DNA of 62,925 bases, the filler included. It is 3 parts of 3 records of this genome, joined end to end, with 100 filler letters (N's around TTAATTAATTAA, not from the genome) between each part and the next. Parts side by side here need not be neighbours in the genome. Positions count along the whole stretch, not along the records: positions 1 to 22,203 come from DRR723986_31425; 2 more parts are not named here. One strand, given 5' to 3'. The translations under genes were made by a program, and so were the position numbers. A model generated the notes under the pieces. The model was not told the origin of the DNA, did no database searches, and was given only the letters and a program-made list of their open reading frames with translations. Positions 1 through 11,427 of the stretch are shown one piece after another. The number at the start of each line of letters is the position of its first letter. The first letter of the stretch is position 1.

Positions 1-81
1 AAGTTTAACAGATCTTACATTGCTTTTGCTGTCTTACTGGTAGAAAAGCGGATATACATTATAAAATATTTAGATTTTTAC

Positions 82-116
82 AAAAAGGGCAGAACCATAA
101 ATTCTGCCCTTTTTTT
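82..116. terminator. Intrinsic terminator-like hairpin
   Basis: AAAAAGGGCAGAA-ccataaa-TTCTGCCCTTTTTTT inverted repeat with T-tract. Confidence 0.75.
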
Positions 117-244
117 ATTGGATTGATAGTCAAGAGCATAGAGAATGGTCACATTTAATTAACCATAAATTCTCATTGAAACTTTGTCAATAGCCCAAAT
201 ATTTTTCTAAATTAAATCACATAGTACCACTACACTACCTGCGC

Positions 245-1591
245 ATGCCTAGAGCCAAATCCGATAAAGATCGGAAAATCTTTGTGCTGGATACTTCTGT
301 GATCCTTTACGCACACAACTCCATTATGAACTTTGCCGAGCACGATGTGGTCATCCCAATCACGGTGCTGGAGGAACTTGATCAATTCAAGAAAGGCAAT
401 GACACCAAGAATTTTGAAGCCCGTGAATTTATCCGATTACTGGATAAACTTTCGCAGGATCATATGATTCACAATTGGACTCCCCTGAATGGGAAGACCA
501 AGGGGAATTTTAGGGTGCTGATGAATCCAGAGAATCAGATCAACGCCAATGAGATTTTTGGTGAAGAAAAGAATGATCACAAGATTCTAAACTGCGCCTT
601 GTATCTAAAGCAGCACGAAAAAGGCAGAAAAGTAATCTTGGTAAGCAAGGATATTAATCTCCGACTGAAGGCTAAATCCATTGATTTGCTTGCTGAGGAT
701 TATGAAACTGGAAAGATCAAGAATATCGTTGAGCTGGAAAATACCGGGAAGTACATTCTGGATAATATTGATCCTGAGCACATCAATAAGCTCTATGATC
801 AGGGCTACGTAGAAGCAAAAACTGTATTGGGAACCCGCAAGAGAAAATCAAATGCCTACTACATTCTAAAAAGCGACAAGAACTCTGTCTTGGCTTATTA
901 CAATTCCGAGGAAAGCATTCTGGAGCGAGTAGATAAAAAGCTTGCCTACAATATCAAGCCTAAGAATGCTGAGCAAACTTTCGCGCTGCATGCCATCACA
1001 AATCCTAATATCCGTCTAGTATCAATTCAAGGTGTAGCTGGAACGGGTAAAACCTTGCTGGCTTTGGCAGGAGCATTGGAACAAAGAAGAGAATACAAGC
1101 AGATCTTCTTGGCCAGACCGATCGTACCATTGAGTAATAAGGACATCGGCTATTTACCTGGAGATATCAAGTCCAAGTTGAATCCATATATGGAGCCACT
1201 TTGGGACAATTTGAAATTCATCCAAAATCAATACAAGGAAACGGATAAGGAATTTCAGAAAATCACTGAGCTAGTCAATCAGGAGAAGTTGGTAATTCAG
1301 CCATTGGCTTATATCCGTGGACGTTCGCTTTCCAATATCTTCTTTATCGTGGATGAAGCGCAGAACTTGACTCCTCATGAGATCAAGACGATTATTTCCA
1401 GAGCTGGAGAAAATACCAAGATTATCTTCACTGGAGATGTCTTCCAGATTGATACTCCGTACTTAGATTCCCAGTCGAATGGATTGTCTTATCTAATCGA
1501 CAGAGTAAAAGATCATCCACTTTATGCGCATATCAAGCTCGAGAAAGGAGAGCGATCAGAGCTTGCCAATCTGGCGAATGAGTTATTATAA
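245..1591 (+). CDS. phoH: PhoH family ATPase with N-terminal PIN domain
   Basis: PIN start FVLDTSV, DHKIL and SKDINLR motifs; Walker A GVAGTGKT; IGYLPG, RGRS, DEAQN, GD..QID PhoH motifs. Confidence 0.92.
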   Translation: MPRAKSDKDRKIFVLDTSVILYAHNSIMNFAEHDVVIPITVLEELDQFKKGNDTKNFEAREFIRLLDKLSQDHMIHNWTPLNGKTKGNFRVLMNPENQINANEIFGEEKNDHKILNCALYLKQHEKGRKVILVSKDINLRLKAKSIDLLAEDYETGKIKNIVELENTGKYILDNIDPEHINKLYDQGYVEAKTVLGTRKRKSNAYYILKSDKNSVLAYYNSEESILERVDKKLAYNIKPKNAEQTFALHAITNPNIRLVSIQGVAGTGKTLLALAGALEQRREYKQIFLARPIVPLSNKDIGYLPGDIKSKLNPYMEPLWDNLKFIQNQYKETDKEFQKITELVNQEKLVIQPLAYIRGRSLSNIFFIVDEAQNLTPHEIKTIISRAGENTKIIFTGDVFQIDTPYLDSQSNGLSYLIDRVKDHPLYAHIKLEKGERSELANLANELL

Positions 1592-1607
1592 AAGATTCAT
1601 TTTAAAT

Positions 1608-1646
1608 TAATCAAAAAGCTGTCTCTTAGGAGCAGCTTTTTGATTA
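1608..1646. terminator. Bidirectional terminator between convergent genes
   Basis: AATCAAAAAGCTG...CAGCTTTTTGATT inverted repeat. Confidence 0.75.
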
Positions 1647-2999
1647 TCAAGGCTCTAATTTTTCCATAAAACTAAATTCCCATCTACGCTGGGTGATGAC
1701 CCCCTTGTCACCAAAATCATATACAGCTAAATAGTAAGGACTAAAATCCGCGTGGATCAATGTTTCTTCACCTGTATTGAGATCTACGCTATATATTCCA
1801 TCTATTAAATAACTGTGATTACTTTTATGAGTTTTGTGGTAGATAAACTTTCCGTTTGAAACTTTAAATTTTAGGAATAGGTGGACATACCCTAAATCAG
1901 ATGGCTTTGTTTCAAATAATTTCTGGCCACCTTTATAAACGAACATTTTTCGATAGGAAAACGCATCTTCCCGTGGTAGAATATCTAGATAGAACTCAAA
2001 ACCGTTCTCGTCTTCATATAGAAAGATAGATTCCTCACCAGTCTCTGGAATAGGATTTAAACTTAAATCGTTTGATTCAATGTAGTAATCCCCCACAATA
2101 AAGCGCTCAAAGTTATCTTCACGGACGAAATTTTGTATTTCGCCTAAGTTTATATTTTCACCGGATTTAACATCTATTGCTTTTTGAGAATAAAGTGTTG
2201 GCTCAGATGTGTTTACTATCATTTTTCCATCTATGATTCTAGAAACTCTCCCATAGCTCGAAGAGTAATCTCCTATAATTGTGGAGATTTTGCTATGGAT
2301 ATCCATTTTTCTGAGAAAGGATCTATCAGGATGTGCAGGGTCGTAAGGCTCATTCGGAAGCCCAGTGAAAATAAATTCATGATCAGATGCAGCTCGGATC
2401 AAGTTTCCATAGATTTCACTTTTAGAGAAAAATGTATCCATGGATTGGTTTCTCAAATCAATTCTATTAATACTAAATTCATTACCACTGAAATCACTTA
2501 CAAACAAAAAGTCTCTGGAAGGACTAAAATCATAATCAACCATTCGATCAAATTCAGCTATTGGTCGAAAAGAAAATGCTTCTGCAAAAATGTGTTTATA
2601 AGGAGGTAATTGGTATGTAAATCTAGTATTTGGAATACTATAATCCACAGCTTCCACTAGGAAGTAGTATTCCTCCTCAGTGTCAAATTTATATGGAACA
2701 CTGACTGCTAGCTTTTCCTGCGTATTAAAATCGGAAGTAGTGAAATCGGCTTGACTTAAGGTATCCTCACCCGACATCAGGAAAATAGTTTTGAATTGAA
2801 AGCGGTCGATTCTATCAAATTGGAAGTTGATTACAGAATCAGACTTTGGAATAGTATGAAAAGTCAATTCATCCTGCAGTCGGACATATTCTATCGGATC
2901 AGGATTGGGTGTGAGAGGTGAGGGATCTTCCTCACAAGAGCTCAATGCAAGGGCTAAAATGGTAGCGATTCCGAGGTTCCGATAAATGTGCAGTCGCAT
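1647..2999 (-). CDS. Hypothetical lipoprotein (beta-rich, possibly propeller-like)
   Basis: 450-aa ORF with hydrophobic N-terminus and lipobox LSSC followed by a Pro/acidic linker. Confidence 0.7.
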   Translation of the reverse strand: MRLHIYRNLGIATILALALSSCEEDPSPLTPNPDPIEYVRLQDELTFHTIPKSDSVINFQFDRIDRFQFKTIFLMSGEDTLSQADFTTSDFNTQEKLAVSVPYKFDTEEEYYFLVEAVDYSIPNTRFTYQLPPYKHIFAEAFSFRPIAEFDRMVDYDFSPSRDFLFVSDFSGNEFSINRIDLRNQSMDTFFSKSEIYGNLIRAASDHEFIFTGLPNEPYDPAHPDRSFLRKMDIHSKISTIIGDYSSSYGRVSRIIDGKMIVNTSEPTLYSQKAIDVKSGENINLGEIQNFVREDNFERFIVGDYYIESNDLSLNPIPETGEESIFLYEDENGFEFYLDILPREDAFSYRKMFVYKGGQKLFETKPSDLGYVHLFLKFKVSNGKFIYHKTHKSNHSYLIDGIYSVDLNTGEETLIHADFSPYYLAVYDFGDKGVITQRRWEFSFMEKLEP

Positions 3000-3491
3000 G
3001 GTAGGATAGTTAGTTGAGGTAAAATACGGATTTATAACTGTTTTGTTAGTCTACCCTTGTAATTTTTTAATTTAGGTAGCTAAAGAAATAACCAAAATCA
3101 GCAGCTGTGCGCATAAATTATTACGGTTTCTGTTAAAAAAAATGGACTTTAACTTCCCTTGGGAAATGATCTAAAGACTAGTGCATTGTTGGTATTTCCA
3201 ATCCAAATCTTGCAATTGAGCAATTAATAGCTTCAATGCACACATAAATCAGTTTAGGAAATTTTTTAAATCACCAATTGAAAAGTTCTCTTAGCTTTTT
3301 ATGAAAATTTCTCCACTAAATTGTAACCCTCTGTTTTATAAACAATTGTCCATCTCTGGGTTTCAGGTGTTCACAACCGTACAACAAATTTGCTTTGATA
3401 TTAGGCATTCCCCTGATTATCATCGTCTTACAATTTTGGGTCGCTTTTTGGCATATAGAGGATATAGAAATTAAACCAACTTATTACTGCC

Positions 3492-3713
3492 ATGATTACT
3501 TCACTATTTTCCCAAAAAAACATTTGTGCTGCATTGGGCTTGGTAATGGCGCTCACCATTGTTTGGCAAGCTAAAGTAGAAACAAATATTGCAAAGCATA
3601 CTGCCCTTATTGACTATACTGAACCAACTTACAATACTGGCAAATCATCTAATTCGGACAATGAAAAAGTCTATGAATTCAAAAAAATAAGGACCGCTGA
3701 TGCAGTCCTCTGA
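3492..3713 (+). CDS. Small hypothetical membrane-anchored/secreted protein
   Basis: 73 aa with an N-terminal hydrophobic helix; occupies intergenic space and is followed by a terminator. Confidence 0.55.
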   Translation: MITSLFSQKNICAALGLVMALTIVWQAKVETNIAKHTALIDYTEPTYNTGKSSNSDNEKVYEFKKIRTADAVL

Positions 3714-3780
3714 TAATCTTACTGGGTGAAATTCCCATAACGAATACTCGTAAGGGTAGATTTGGTTGATTGGTTAATCG

Positions 3781-3812
3781 AAAGAGGTGGGTGATAACCC
3801 ACCTTTTTGTTT
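3781..3812. terminator. Intrinsic terminator
   Basis: AGGTGGGT-gata-ACCCACCT followed by T-tract. Confidence 0.75.
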
Positions 3813-4568
3813 TTAACTTTCTGTGATGGTACTTAGTTTTGCTAGAAAACTATTGTAATACTGCCTTCCGACCTGCACCATCGATCCAGAGCGAAGCGTA
3901 ATTTCTTTAGTATTGAAGCTCTCTATTTGTCCCAATTGAACAATGAATGACTTTTGTACTCTTAGGAATAACTGAGAAGGAAGAATCTCCTCTATTTCCT
4001 TCATGGACTTCCTAATATTGTAGTCTCTATTTTTGGTGAATATTGTAACCATATTTCCATTGGCCTCCACATAATAGATATCTTCATAAGATACACGCTC
4101 AAAAGCATTATCCGCTTTGATAAAGACCGCATCAGTTACCAAAAACGGGCTATCGCTAGCTGCACTAACTGTAGCAGTTTCTGTGGTAGGTTTGGTGCGT
4201 TTGTTATAGAGAACGATCTCCACAATGGCATGAATGTCATTTGTATTGAAAGGCTTCACAATAAATCCAGCTGGATTAATTCTTTTAGCCCGTTCGATGA
4301 TTGTAGGATCTGAGTAGGAAGTCACATAAACCAATGGTGCATCTACCATTTGCTTTACGATTTCTCCTAGTTCTATTCCATCCTTATCGCCTTTGAGTTT
4401 GATGTCCATGAAAATCAAATCCGGACGATATTTCTTGATGATTTTAATGCATTGATTTGCAGAGTTTGCAATGTCTGTATTGACATATCCCAGGAGTTCT
4501 AATATTTCCTGAATGTTCTCTGCGATACTGATATCGTCTTCGACGATTAAGATCCGCTCTTCTTTCAT
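3813..4568 (-). CDS. LytTR-family response regulator
   Basis: Receiver domain (ILIVEDD, DLIFMDI, KP) plus LytTR domain (IYYVEA, FLRVQKSFIV). Confidence 0.9.
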   Translation of the reverse strand: MKEERILIVEDDISIAENIQEILELLGYVNTDIANSANQCIKIIKKYRPDLIFMDIKLKGDKDGIELGEIVKQMVDAPLVYVTSYSDPTIIERAKRINPAGFIVKPFNTNDIHAIVEIVLYNKRTKPTTETATVSAASDSPFLVTDAVFIKADNAFERVSYEDIYYVEANGNMVTIFTKNRDYNIRKSMKEIEEILPSQLFLRVQKSFIVQLGQIESFNTKEITLRSGSMVQVGRQYYNSFLAKLSTITES

Positions 4569-4690
4569 AAGATGGTGGCAGATGATGCGTTTTAGTGTGA
4601 AAAGTAAATTATCATGCTATTCCAAGCAATTACTCTCTATTTACAGAATTTATCTCTGAAATCAAATGCTTTTTATTGGATATGAAAGTT

Positions 4691-5425
4691 TTAAAGGCTC
4701 ATCATTTCTTTGAATCGTGCCGCTTGCCTTCTGCTGACCTCAATTCTATCACCACCTCTTAAAGTCACTACAAGGCCTCCATTGAACCAGGGTTCTATAC
4801 CTTCTACCCAACCAAGGTTGATGATATGCTTTCGACTTGCTCTGAAAAAAGATTTCTCATCCAAACGCTCATCCAGCGCATTTAGTGATTTATGAATCAT
4901 TGGCTTAAAGTTATCAAAGTACACTTTGATGTAATTGCCATCTGATTCAAATAAGCGCACATTGGATAATCTTACAAACCAGCATCTATCTCCATCTTTT
5001 ACAAAAACTTGATCTTCAAGCGTTAACTTTTTTTGATTTTGACTGGAAGTAGATTCCTCACTCTTGGAATAGCCTTCTATTTTACTTTGAAGCTTTGTAA
5101 TTGCCTCTTCAAGTCGTTTGGGCTCAATAGGTTTCAACAGATAATCGAGTGCATTTACCTGAAATGCTTTCAAGGCATACTCATCATAGGCTGTAGTAAA
5201 TATTACATGGGGCACATTGTCCAATTCTTCCAATAGCTCAAACCCAGTTTTTTCTGGCATCTGAATATCTAAAAAAATAACATCAGGATTTAATTGATCA
5301 ATTTTTTCCTTGGCATCATCAACGTTTACTGCCTCGCCTACTACTTCTACACTTTCAAGCTGATTTAAGAGGGTGATCAGTTCTTTACGTGCTAATCTTT
5401 CATCATCTATTACAATGGCTCGCAT
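4691..5425 (-). CDS. LytR/AlgR-family response regulator
   Basis: IVIDDE, FLDIQMP, TTAYDEYA, LLKP; LytTR FFRASRKHIIN. Confidence 0.93.
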   Translation of the reverse strand: MRAIVIDDERLARKELITLLNQLESVEVVGEAVNVDDAKEKIDQLNPDVIFLDIQMPEKTGFELLEELDNVPHVIFTTAYDEYALKAFQVNALDYLLKPIEPKRLEEAITKLQSKIEGYSKSEESTSSQNQKKLTLEDQVFVKDGDRCWFVRLSNVRLFESDGNYIKVYFDNFKPMIHKSLNALDERLDEKSFFRASRKHIINLGWVEGIEPWFNGGLVVTLRGGDRIEVSRRQAARFKEMMSL

Positions 5426-5439
5426 TTTTCTTGAGTTTG

Positions 5440-6492
5440 TTATTCGAATGTAACTTTTTGTTTCGGAATCTTAATTTCTGTAATAACGAACTGAATTCCT
5501 GAGTTGAAGATACGGAAGCTTGCTTTATCTCCATATATCAACTTCAGTCTTTGTACAGTATTACTTAATCCGTGCCCTTGTTCATCTTGGGAATTCAATG
5601 TGGGCTGATGGGTAAGCTGTCCGCTATTCTTAACTTGAATATACAGATCATCGTTCAAACCTTCCCTACACTTGATTTCAATCGTCCCCCCTTTCACTAG
5701 ATTGGAAACCCCATGCTTTATTCCATTTTCCACGATCGTCTGCAACATCATAGGTGGGATTTTATAGCTAAAAGCCTCATCTTCTATGTGGTACACTACG
5801 TTTAGCCTTTCCTCAAAACGAATGGATTCAAGTTCTAAGTAGTCTTTTACCGTATTGAGTTCATCCCCAAAATCAATGGTTTGTTTCTTATCCATCATCA
5901 AGGAAAAGCGCAACATATTGGAAATTCTAGTAATGGCAGTTTTAGCTTTTATAGGATCTTCATCCACCAATGCTCGTACGCTATTCAGCGCATTGAAAAT
6001 AAAATGCGGATTGAGCTGACTTTTAAGGTGATTAAGTCTGATTTCATTGATTTTAGCCTCATACTTCAGTGTGGTATTGTAATTATCCAAAAAGTGAACT
6101 AAGAAGTAAATAACAAACCAAAGCGCGAATATCAGGAATGCCAAAAATATGTTAGACAAAATCACCAATACCTTAAAATCCTCAGAGGGATTAAGAATGC
6201 CAAAGGCAATATTAATAAGAATTTGCGCTACAAAATTGGCAAGAGAAAGCGCCACAATAGCAAGGAAAGACTGAAACAATAGCTGAGGAATACTTAGCTT
6301 AAACCAGTTGTATTCTTTGACTACATGGCGAAGGAAATGTGATGAAATAAGATTGGTAACAGCAAGTACAATAAATGCCCAAACCTGAACCGAAGAAATT
6401 TCGCCCGTCAAAGTGGCTAAGGCAATAGTGACCAAGGCGAATCCACCCCAACCTAATATCTGCAAAAACCAATAAAGCCTAATTCTGTTCAT
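5440..6492 (-). CDS. LytS/YehU-type sensor histidine kinase
   Basis: Four TM segments; LKSQLNPHFIFNALN H-box; VENGIKHG; GHGLSN. Confidence 0.92.
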   Translation of the reverse strand: MNRIRLYWFLQILGWGGFALVTIALATLTGEISSVQVWAFIVLAVTNLISSHFLRHVVKEYNWFKLSIPQLLFQSFLAIVALSLANFVAQILINIAFGILNPSEDFKVLVILSNIFLAFLIFALWFVIYFLVHFLDNYNTTLKYEAKINEIRLNHLKSQLNPHFIFNALNSVRALVDEDPIKAKTAITRISNMLRFSLMMDKKQTIDFGDELNTVKDYLELESIRFEERLNVVYHIEDEAFSYKIPPMMLQTIVENGIKHGVSNLVKGGTIEIKCREGLNDDLYIQVKNSGQLTHQPTLNSQDEQGHGLSNTVQRLKLIYGDKASFRIFNSGIQFVITEIKIPKQKVTFE

Positions 6493-6499
6493 AATCGCC

Positions 6500-6507
6500 C
6501 AAAGATA
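6500..6507 (-). promoter_or_regulatory. Bacteroidota sigma-A -7 element (TATCTTTG)
   Basis: Exact TAnnTTTG on the minus strand just upstream of the kinase start. Confidence 0.5.
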
Positions 6508-6572
6508 AATAACAGAGTTGTGGCCTTTTTTATAATTTGATAAAAGGAGGATACCCTTGATTATTCCCCTTG

Positions 6573-9404
6573 TTAGCTATTTAATTCCATTTTCAGGAAT
6601 TTACCAGTGTAGCTGTTTTTAGTAGCTGCTACTTTTTCTGGAGTGCCTTGTACTACGATTGTTCCGCCTTTGTTTCCACCTTCAGGTCCCAGGTCCACAA
6701 TGTAATCAGCCATTTTGATCACATCCATATTATGCTCAATGATCAACACCGTATTGCCTTTTGCTACCAATCCATTAACTACCAGCATCAACAATTCAAT
6801 ATCCTGAAAATGAAGCCCAGTGGTAGGTTCATCAAGGATATAAAACGTCTTTCCTGTATCTTTTTTAGATAGCTCGGTCGCCAACTTCACCCGCTGAGCT
6901 TCTCCACCAGATAGCGTAGTAGCATGCTGCCCAAGGGTGATGTAGCCCAACCCCACATCATTTAGTGTTTTGATTTTCCTAAGGATTTTCGGAAGCTTAT
7001 CGAAAAACTCCACTGCTTGTTCCACAGTCATATCCAACACATCAGAAATCGATTTGCCTTTGTATCGGATTTCTAGCGTCTCCCGATTGTAACGTTTGCC
7101 TTTGCAAGTTTCGCAGGGCACATGCACGTCTGGAAGGAAATCCATCTCTATCAGCTTCATTCCTGCGCCTTCACAGTCTTCACATCTTCCACCTTTTACA
7201 TTAAAAGAAAAGCGACCTGGTTTATAACCTCGGATTTTTGCTTCAGGAAGCTCGGTGAAAAGTGTGCGAATATCTGAGAAAACTCCAGTGTATGTAGCAG
7301 GATTTGACCTTGGAGTTCTGCCTATTGGGGACTGATCTACTTCTATTACCTTATCCAAATGCTCCAAACCTTCCACACTTTTGTATGGCATCGGGTTTTT
7401 CTTCGAATGATAGATTTGCTGATTGAGTATTGGATAAAGCGTCTCGTGAATGAGTGTACTTTTCCCACTTCCTGAAACTCCAGTGATGCAAATCAAGGTC
7501 CCCAGTGGAAGTTTAAGGTCAATATTTTTAAGATTATTGCCTGTAGCACCCTTTATTACTAGTGTTTTTTCTTTTCCGCTTCTACGTTCTTTAGGTACTG
7601 GCAGGCCAATCTTTCCAGCAAGGTATTTTGCTGTAAGTCCGTCTGTTTTCAATATCTCAGCAGGCGTTCCATCTGAAACAATATGACCTCCATGTCTACC
7701 AGCACCTGGCCCCATATCTAATACATAGTCAGATGCAAGCATCATGTCTTTGTCGTGCTCTACCACTAAAACAGAATTACCCAAATCTCTTAGGCTTTGA
7801 AGCGCTTGAATTAATTTTTCATTATCGCGCTGATGGAGACCAATACTCGGTTCATCCAAAATATAAAGTACACCAACCAATTGGGTACCTATTTGAGTAG
7901 CTAATCTGATCCGCTGAGCTTCTCCGCCAGAGAGTGTTCGAAGCGGCCTATTCAGAGAAAGGTAATCCAAGCCAATATCGAGCAGAAAGCCAATTCTCTT
8001 CCGAATTTCTTTGAGAACCTCAGCAGCAATCACATTTTGTTTGTCAGAAAGCCTAGATTCCAAGCCTTCAAACCACTCTCCCAAAGACCGAATATCCATC
8101 ACCGCCAATTGCCCAATGTGCGTGTCATCAATTTTGATATGAAGAGCCTCTTGCTTAAGCCTATAACCATGACAATCAGGACAAGTTTGAGTGATAGTGA
8201 ACTCGCTGACCCAATCTTGAATTTTGTCAGAACTACCTTCCTGATATTTCTTCAAAAAGTTAATAATGCCTTCGAACGTTGTGTGCCATTTGGTGCCCGG
8301 GTGTTTTACAGAATCTACTGCAACTTCAATTTTATCCCCACTGAGGAGGATATCGACCACATTTTCTGGCAAATTCTTAATTGGCGTACTCATGCTGCAC
8401 TTATAGTGCTTGAGAATAGCTTCTATCTTCTTGAAAATCCAAATATCCCGGTATTCACCCAGCGGTGCAATTCCCCCTCGCGTGATACTTAATGTCGGGT
8501 CTGGGATTATACTTTCTCGCGTGATTTCTTCGGTAATCCCTAAGCCATTACAAGTAGGACATGCTCCATAAGGACTGTTAAATGAAAATGTATTTGGAGC
8601 CGGTTCTTCGTAAGAAAGCCCTGTCTCTGGATCCATTAGGTACTTTGAGAAATGGTGTATTTCTCCTTCTTCATCCCGAATCATGATCACCCCTTTACCA
8701 TGCTGTAAGGCCGATTTCAGAGATTGAGTGATTCTAAAACGATCGGATTCTTCAGCTACTATTCTATCAATTACAATCTCAATATCGTGGATTTTATAGC
8801 GGTCCACCTGCATTTTGGGAACCATCTCCATCACTACGCCATCCACTCGTACTTTTGAAAAACCCATTTTCCGGATTTGTTCAAATAGCTCACGATAATG
8901 GCCCTTTCTTCCTTTTACCACAGGGGCAAGGATGTAAAGTTTCTTGTTTAAAAAATTCTCAAACAGTAAATCGATAATCTGATCTTCTGTCTGACGAACC
9001 ATCTTTGTTCCAGTCAAATAGGAATATGCCTCGCCTGCTCTCGCATAAAGCAGACGCATAAAATCATAAATTTCAGTAACGGTACCAACGGTAGAGCGAG
9101 GGTTTTTAGACGTTGTCTTTTGCTCGATGGCAATGACAGGGGAAAGCCCGTTAATTTTGTCAACATCGGGACGCTCCATTCCACCGAGAAAAGATCTCGC
9201 ATAAGCCGAAAACGACTCCATGTACCTTCGTTGACCTTCAGCATAAATCGTGTCGAAAGCGAGAGAGCTCTTACCACTACCACTAAGACCGGTAATTACC
9301 ACCAATTTATTTCGGGGAATTTTCAGGTCTAGATTTTTAAGATTATGCTCTCGGGCTCCAAATATCTCTATGTATTCTTCCTGTGCAGGAGTGACTTGAC
9401 TCAT
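6573..9404 (-). CDS. uvrA: Excinuclease ABC subunit A
   Basis: Two ABC ATPase modules ([26 protein letters not shown] twice) and zinc fingers; ATG at 9404 preferred over TTG at 9419. Confidence 0.98.
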   Translation of the reverse strand: MSQVTPAQEEYIEIFGAREHNLKNLDLKIPRNKLVVITGLSGSGKSSLAFDTIYAEGQRRYMESFSAYARSFLGGMERPDVDKINGLSPVIAIEQKTTSKNPRSTVGTVTEIYDFMRLLYARAGEAYSYLTGTKMVRQTEDQIIDLLFENFLNKKLYILAPVVKGRKGHYRELFEQIRKMGFSKVRVDGVVMEMVPKMQVDRYKIHDIEIVIDRIVAEESDRFRITQSLKSALQHGKGVIMIRDEEGEIHHFSKYLMDPETGLSYEEPAPNTFSFNSPYGACPTCNGLGITEEITRESIIPDPTLSITRGGIAPLGEYRDIWIFKKIEAILKHYKCSMSTPIKNLPENVVDILLSGDKIEVAVDSVKHPGTKWHTTFEGIINFLKKYQEGSSDKIQDWVSEFTITQTCPDCHGYRLKQEALHIKIDDTHIGQLAVMDIRSLGEWFEGLESRLSDKQNVIAAEVLKEIRKRIGFLLDIGLDYLSLNRPLRTLSGGEAQRIRLATQIGTQLVGVLYILDEPSIGLHQRDNEKLIQALQSLRDLGNSVLVVEHDKDMMLASDYVLDMGPGAGRHGGHIVSDGTPAEILKTDGLTAKYLAGKIGLPVPKERRSGKEKTLVIKGATGNNLKNIDLKLPLGTLICITGVSGSGKSTLIHETLYPILNQQIYHSKKNPMPYKSVEGLEHLDKVIEVDQSPIGRTPRSNPATYTGVFSDIRTLFTELPEAKIRGYKPGRFSFNVKGGRCEDCEGAGMKLIEMDFLPDVHVPCETCKGKRYNRETLEIRYKGKSISDVLDMTVEQAVEFFDKLPKILRKIKTLNDVGLGYITLGQHATTLSGGEAQRVKLATELSKKDTGKTFYILDEPTTGLHFQDIELLMLVVNGLVAKGNTVLIIEHNMDVIKMADYIVDLGPEGGNKGGTIVVQGTPEKVAATKNSYTGKFLKMELNS

Positions 9405-9576
9405 ATAATCGGCGGGCAATTTTAAACGGCGAAGGTACGAAATTTCAGCTGCACGAGGCAGTAAAGTTCAAAGAGTATAACCAGAGTTAGGAGGATTGGT
9501 TCAATGAATTGACAGACTTTGTCGGGTATTGCTTATTCTCTTTCTTGAAAAGAACCGACTTACCTTTTTCAACAAA

Positions 9577-10515
9577 TTATTCCGGTAATGTGATCTCATA
9601 CGTTTTACCTCGCTTTACATTGAGGTCTTTGTCACGCAGCCAAGGATTATACAACTTCAATTCCTTGTAATTACTTCCCTGCTGCTTGGCCCAGTGGGCA
9701 AGATTTTTAATGTCAGCATTTACGCTCACCGTTTTAAACCTTGGGTTTTGGTAATAATCTGACTCCCTCAAATGAAAACCAAATTCTCCTGGGTTTTCAA
9801 AGATTACTTTGAAAGCGAGTATTCTAAAGAGGTACCTGCTCGTTTCATCATTCAGGTATAGATCATAGTAGTTTTTAGCCAATTGATCCTCTTGTCTCCT
9901 GGAAAAGCCAGCCTGCCCCATATTATAACTTGCTGCCACTGCTGTCCAATCACCAAACCTATTATGAGCTTTATTGAGGTATTTTGATGCAGCAAGTGTA
10001 GCTTTTTCAAGATTATATCGCTCATCTACATCTTTGGATACTTCTAGTCCATATTCTTTACCCGTTGATTCCATTATCTGCCAAAAACCTTTTGCTCCAG
10101 CCGGCGAGGCTACATTCATTAGGGCAGATTCAGCCATTGCCAAGTATTTGAAGTCATCGGGAATTCCATTTTTTTTCAACATTTCTTCAATTTCGGGAAG
10201 AAATTTACTTGAGCGCTTCATTAGCAAAATCATATTTGATTGCCAATAGGCATTCACATAAATCTCTCGCTCCAATCTCTCTTTTACATCTTCTATTTCC
10301 AGCGGAACTTTTTCTCCAGCAAAAGTCAACTCAGTAGGAATATTAAATAACCGAACTGTGTCTCTAGAAGCAAGAGGCATGGATTGTAATAGTTGAACAT
10401 TCGCTACGCTGGGTTCTGAGCTTAATTCTGCGGGTGTTTTCCAGATTGCATATCCAGCCATACCCAGACAAATAAAAACTAAAACATAAAGGGGTAGTAA
10501 TTGAGGCTTATTCAT
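9577..10515 (-). CDS. Lytic murein transglycosylase (SLT/MltD-like)
   Basis: AESAL catalytic Glu, GAKGFWQIM, ASYNMG motifs; N-terminal TM anchor. Confidence 0.9.
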   Translation of the reverse strand: MNKPQLLPLYVLVFICLGMAGYAIWKTPAELSSEPSVANVQLLQSMPLASRDTVRLFNIPTELTFAGEKVPLEIEDVKERLEREIYVNAYWQSNMILLMKRSSKFLPEIEEMLKKNGIPDDFKYLAMAESALMNVASPAGAKGFWQIMESTGKEYGLEVSKDVDERYNLEKATLAASKYLNKAHNRFGDWTAVAASYNMGQAGFSRRQEDQLAKNYYDLYLNDETSRYLFRILAFKVIFENPGEFGFHLRESDYYQNPRFKTVSVNADIKNLAHWAKQQGSNYKELKLYNPWLRDKDLNVKRGKTYEITLPE

Positions 10516-10532
10516 GCAATAAAGATGTAGAA

Positions 10533-11255
10533 TTAGAAGTTTGGACTTAATAAATACTTGCCATAAAAATCATCAATTACTTTCACAGCTTCCGTTTCAT
10601 CTTCTACTACAGAGAACAGATCTAAATCTTCCTCATTAATATAGTGATGACTTAGCAATGATTTTTTGATCCAATCAACCAGTCCAGTCCAGTATTCCTT
10701 CCCTACCAGCACGATAGGAAACTTCCCGATCTTGTTAGTCTGAATTAACGTCAAGGCTTCAAAAAATTCATCCATGGTGCCAAATCCACCCGGAAGCACC
10801 ACAAATCCCTGAGAATATTTCACAAACATTACTTTTCTCACAAAAAAGTAATCAAAGGTGATCAACTTATCTCTATCAATATAAATGTTGTCAAACTGTT
10901 CAAAAGGCAGAACGATATTTAATCCCACAGACTTACCTCCTTCAGAATGAGCTCCCTTATTACCTGCTTCCATGATCCCTGGACCGCCACCTGTGATAAC
11001 TCCATATCCATGGCGAACGAGCTTTGCAGCGATTTCTTCTGCCATTTTATAGTGATGGTGGTCCCTAGGAGTTCGAGCAGATCCAAAAATAGAAACACAA
11101 GGGCCAATTTTGGCAAGTTTTTCAAAGCCTTCCACGAATTCAGACATCACTTTGAAGATTGCCCATGAATCAGCACTTTTTATTTCATTCCAATCCCGCT
11201 CTTTGAATGCTTGGCGGATCTTATCTTCTTCATTTTGATTTTCTATACTGCTCAT
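10533..11255 (-). CDS. LOG family Rossmann-fold protein (TIGR00730)
   Basis: FGSAR, TGGGPGIMEA, PGGFGTMDE motifs. Confidence 0.92.
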   Translation of the reverse strand: MSSIENQNEEDKIRQAFKERDWNEIKSADSWAIFKVMSEFVEGFEKLAKIGPCVSIFGSARTPRDHHHYKMAEEIAAKLVRHGYGVITGGGPGIMEAGNKGAHSEGGKSVGLNIVLPFEQFDNIYIDRDKLITFDYFFVRKVMFVKYSQGFVVLPGGFGTMDEFFEALTLIQTNKIGKFPIVLVGKEYWTGLVDWIKKSLLSHHYINEEDLDLFSVVEDETEAVKVIDDFYGKYLLSPNF

Positions 11256-11427
11256 ACGCTTGTTTTTAATAAAGAAAACGATCTCTGCGCTGAAATGGAC
11301 AGGGAAAGTAGCACTATTAAGCTTTGAGAAAGCTAATTACCTGATGCTCAATATAAAAAAATAGTAGCTCTCGAGAATCAATCGACTAAGACTGGTGTAT
11401 TTTTGCGCCACAATTTGAAATATTGAG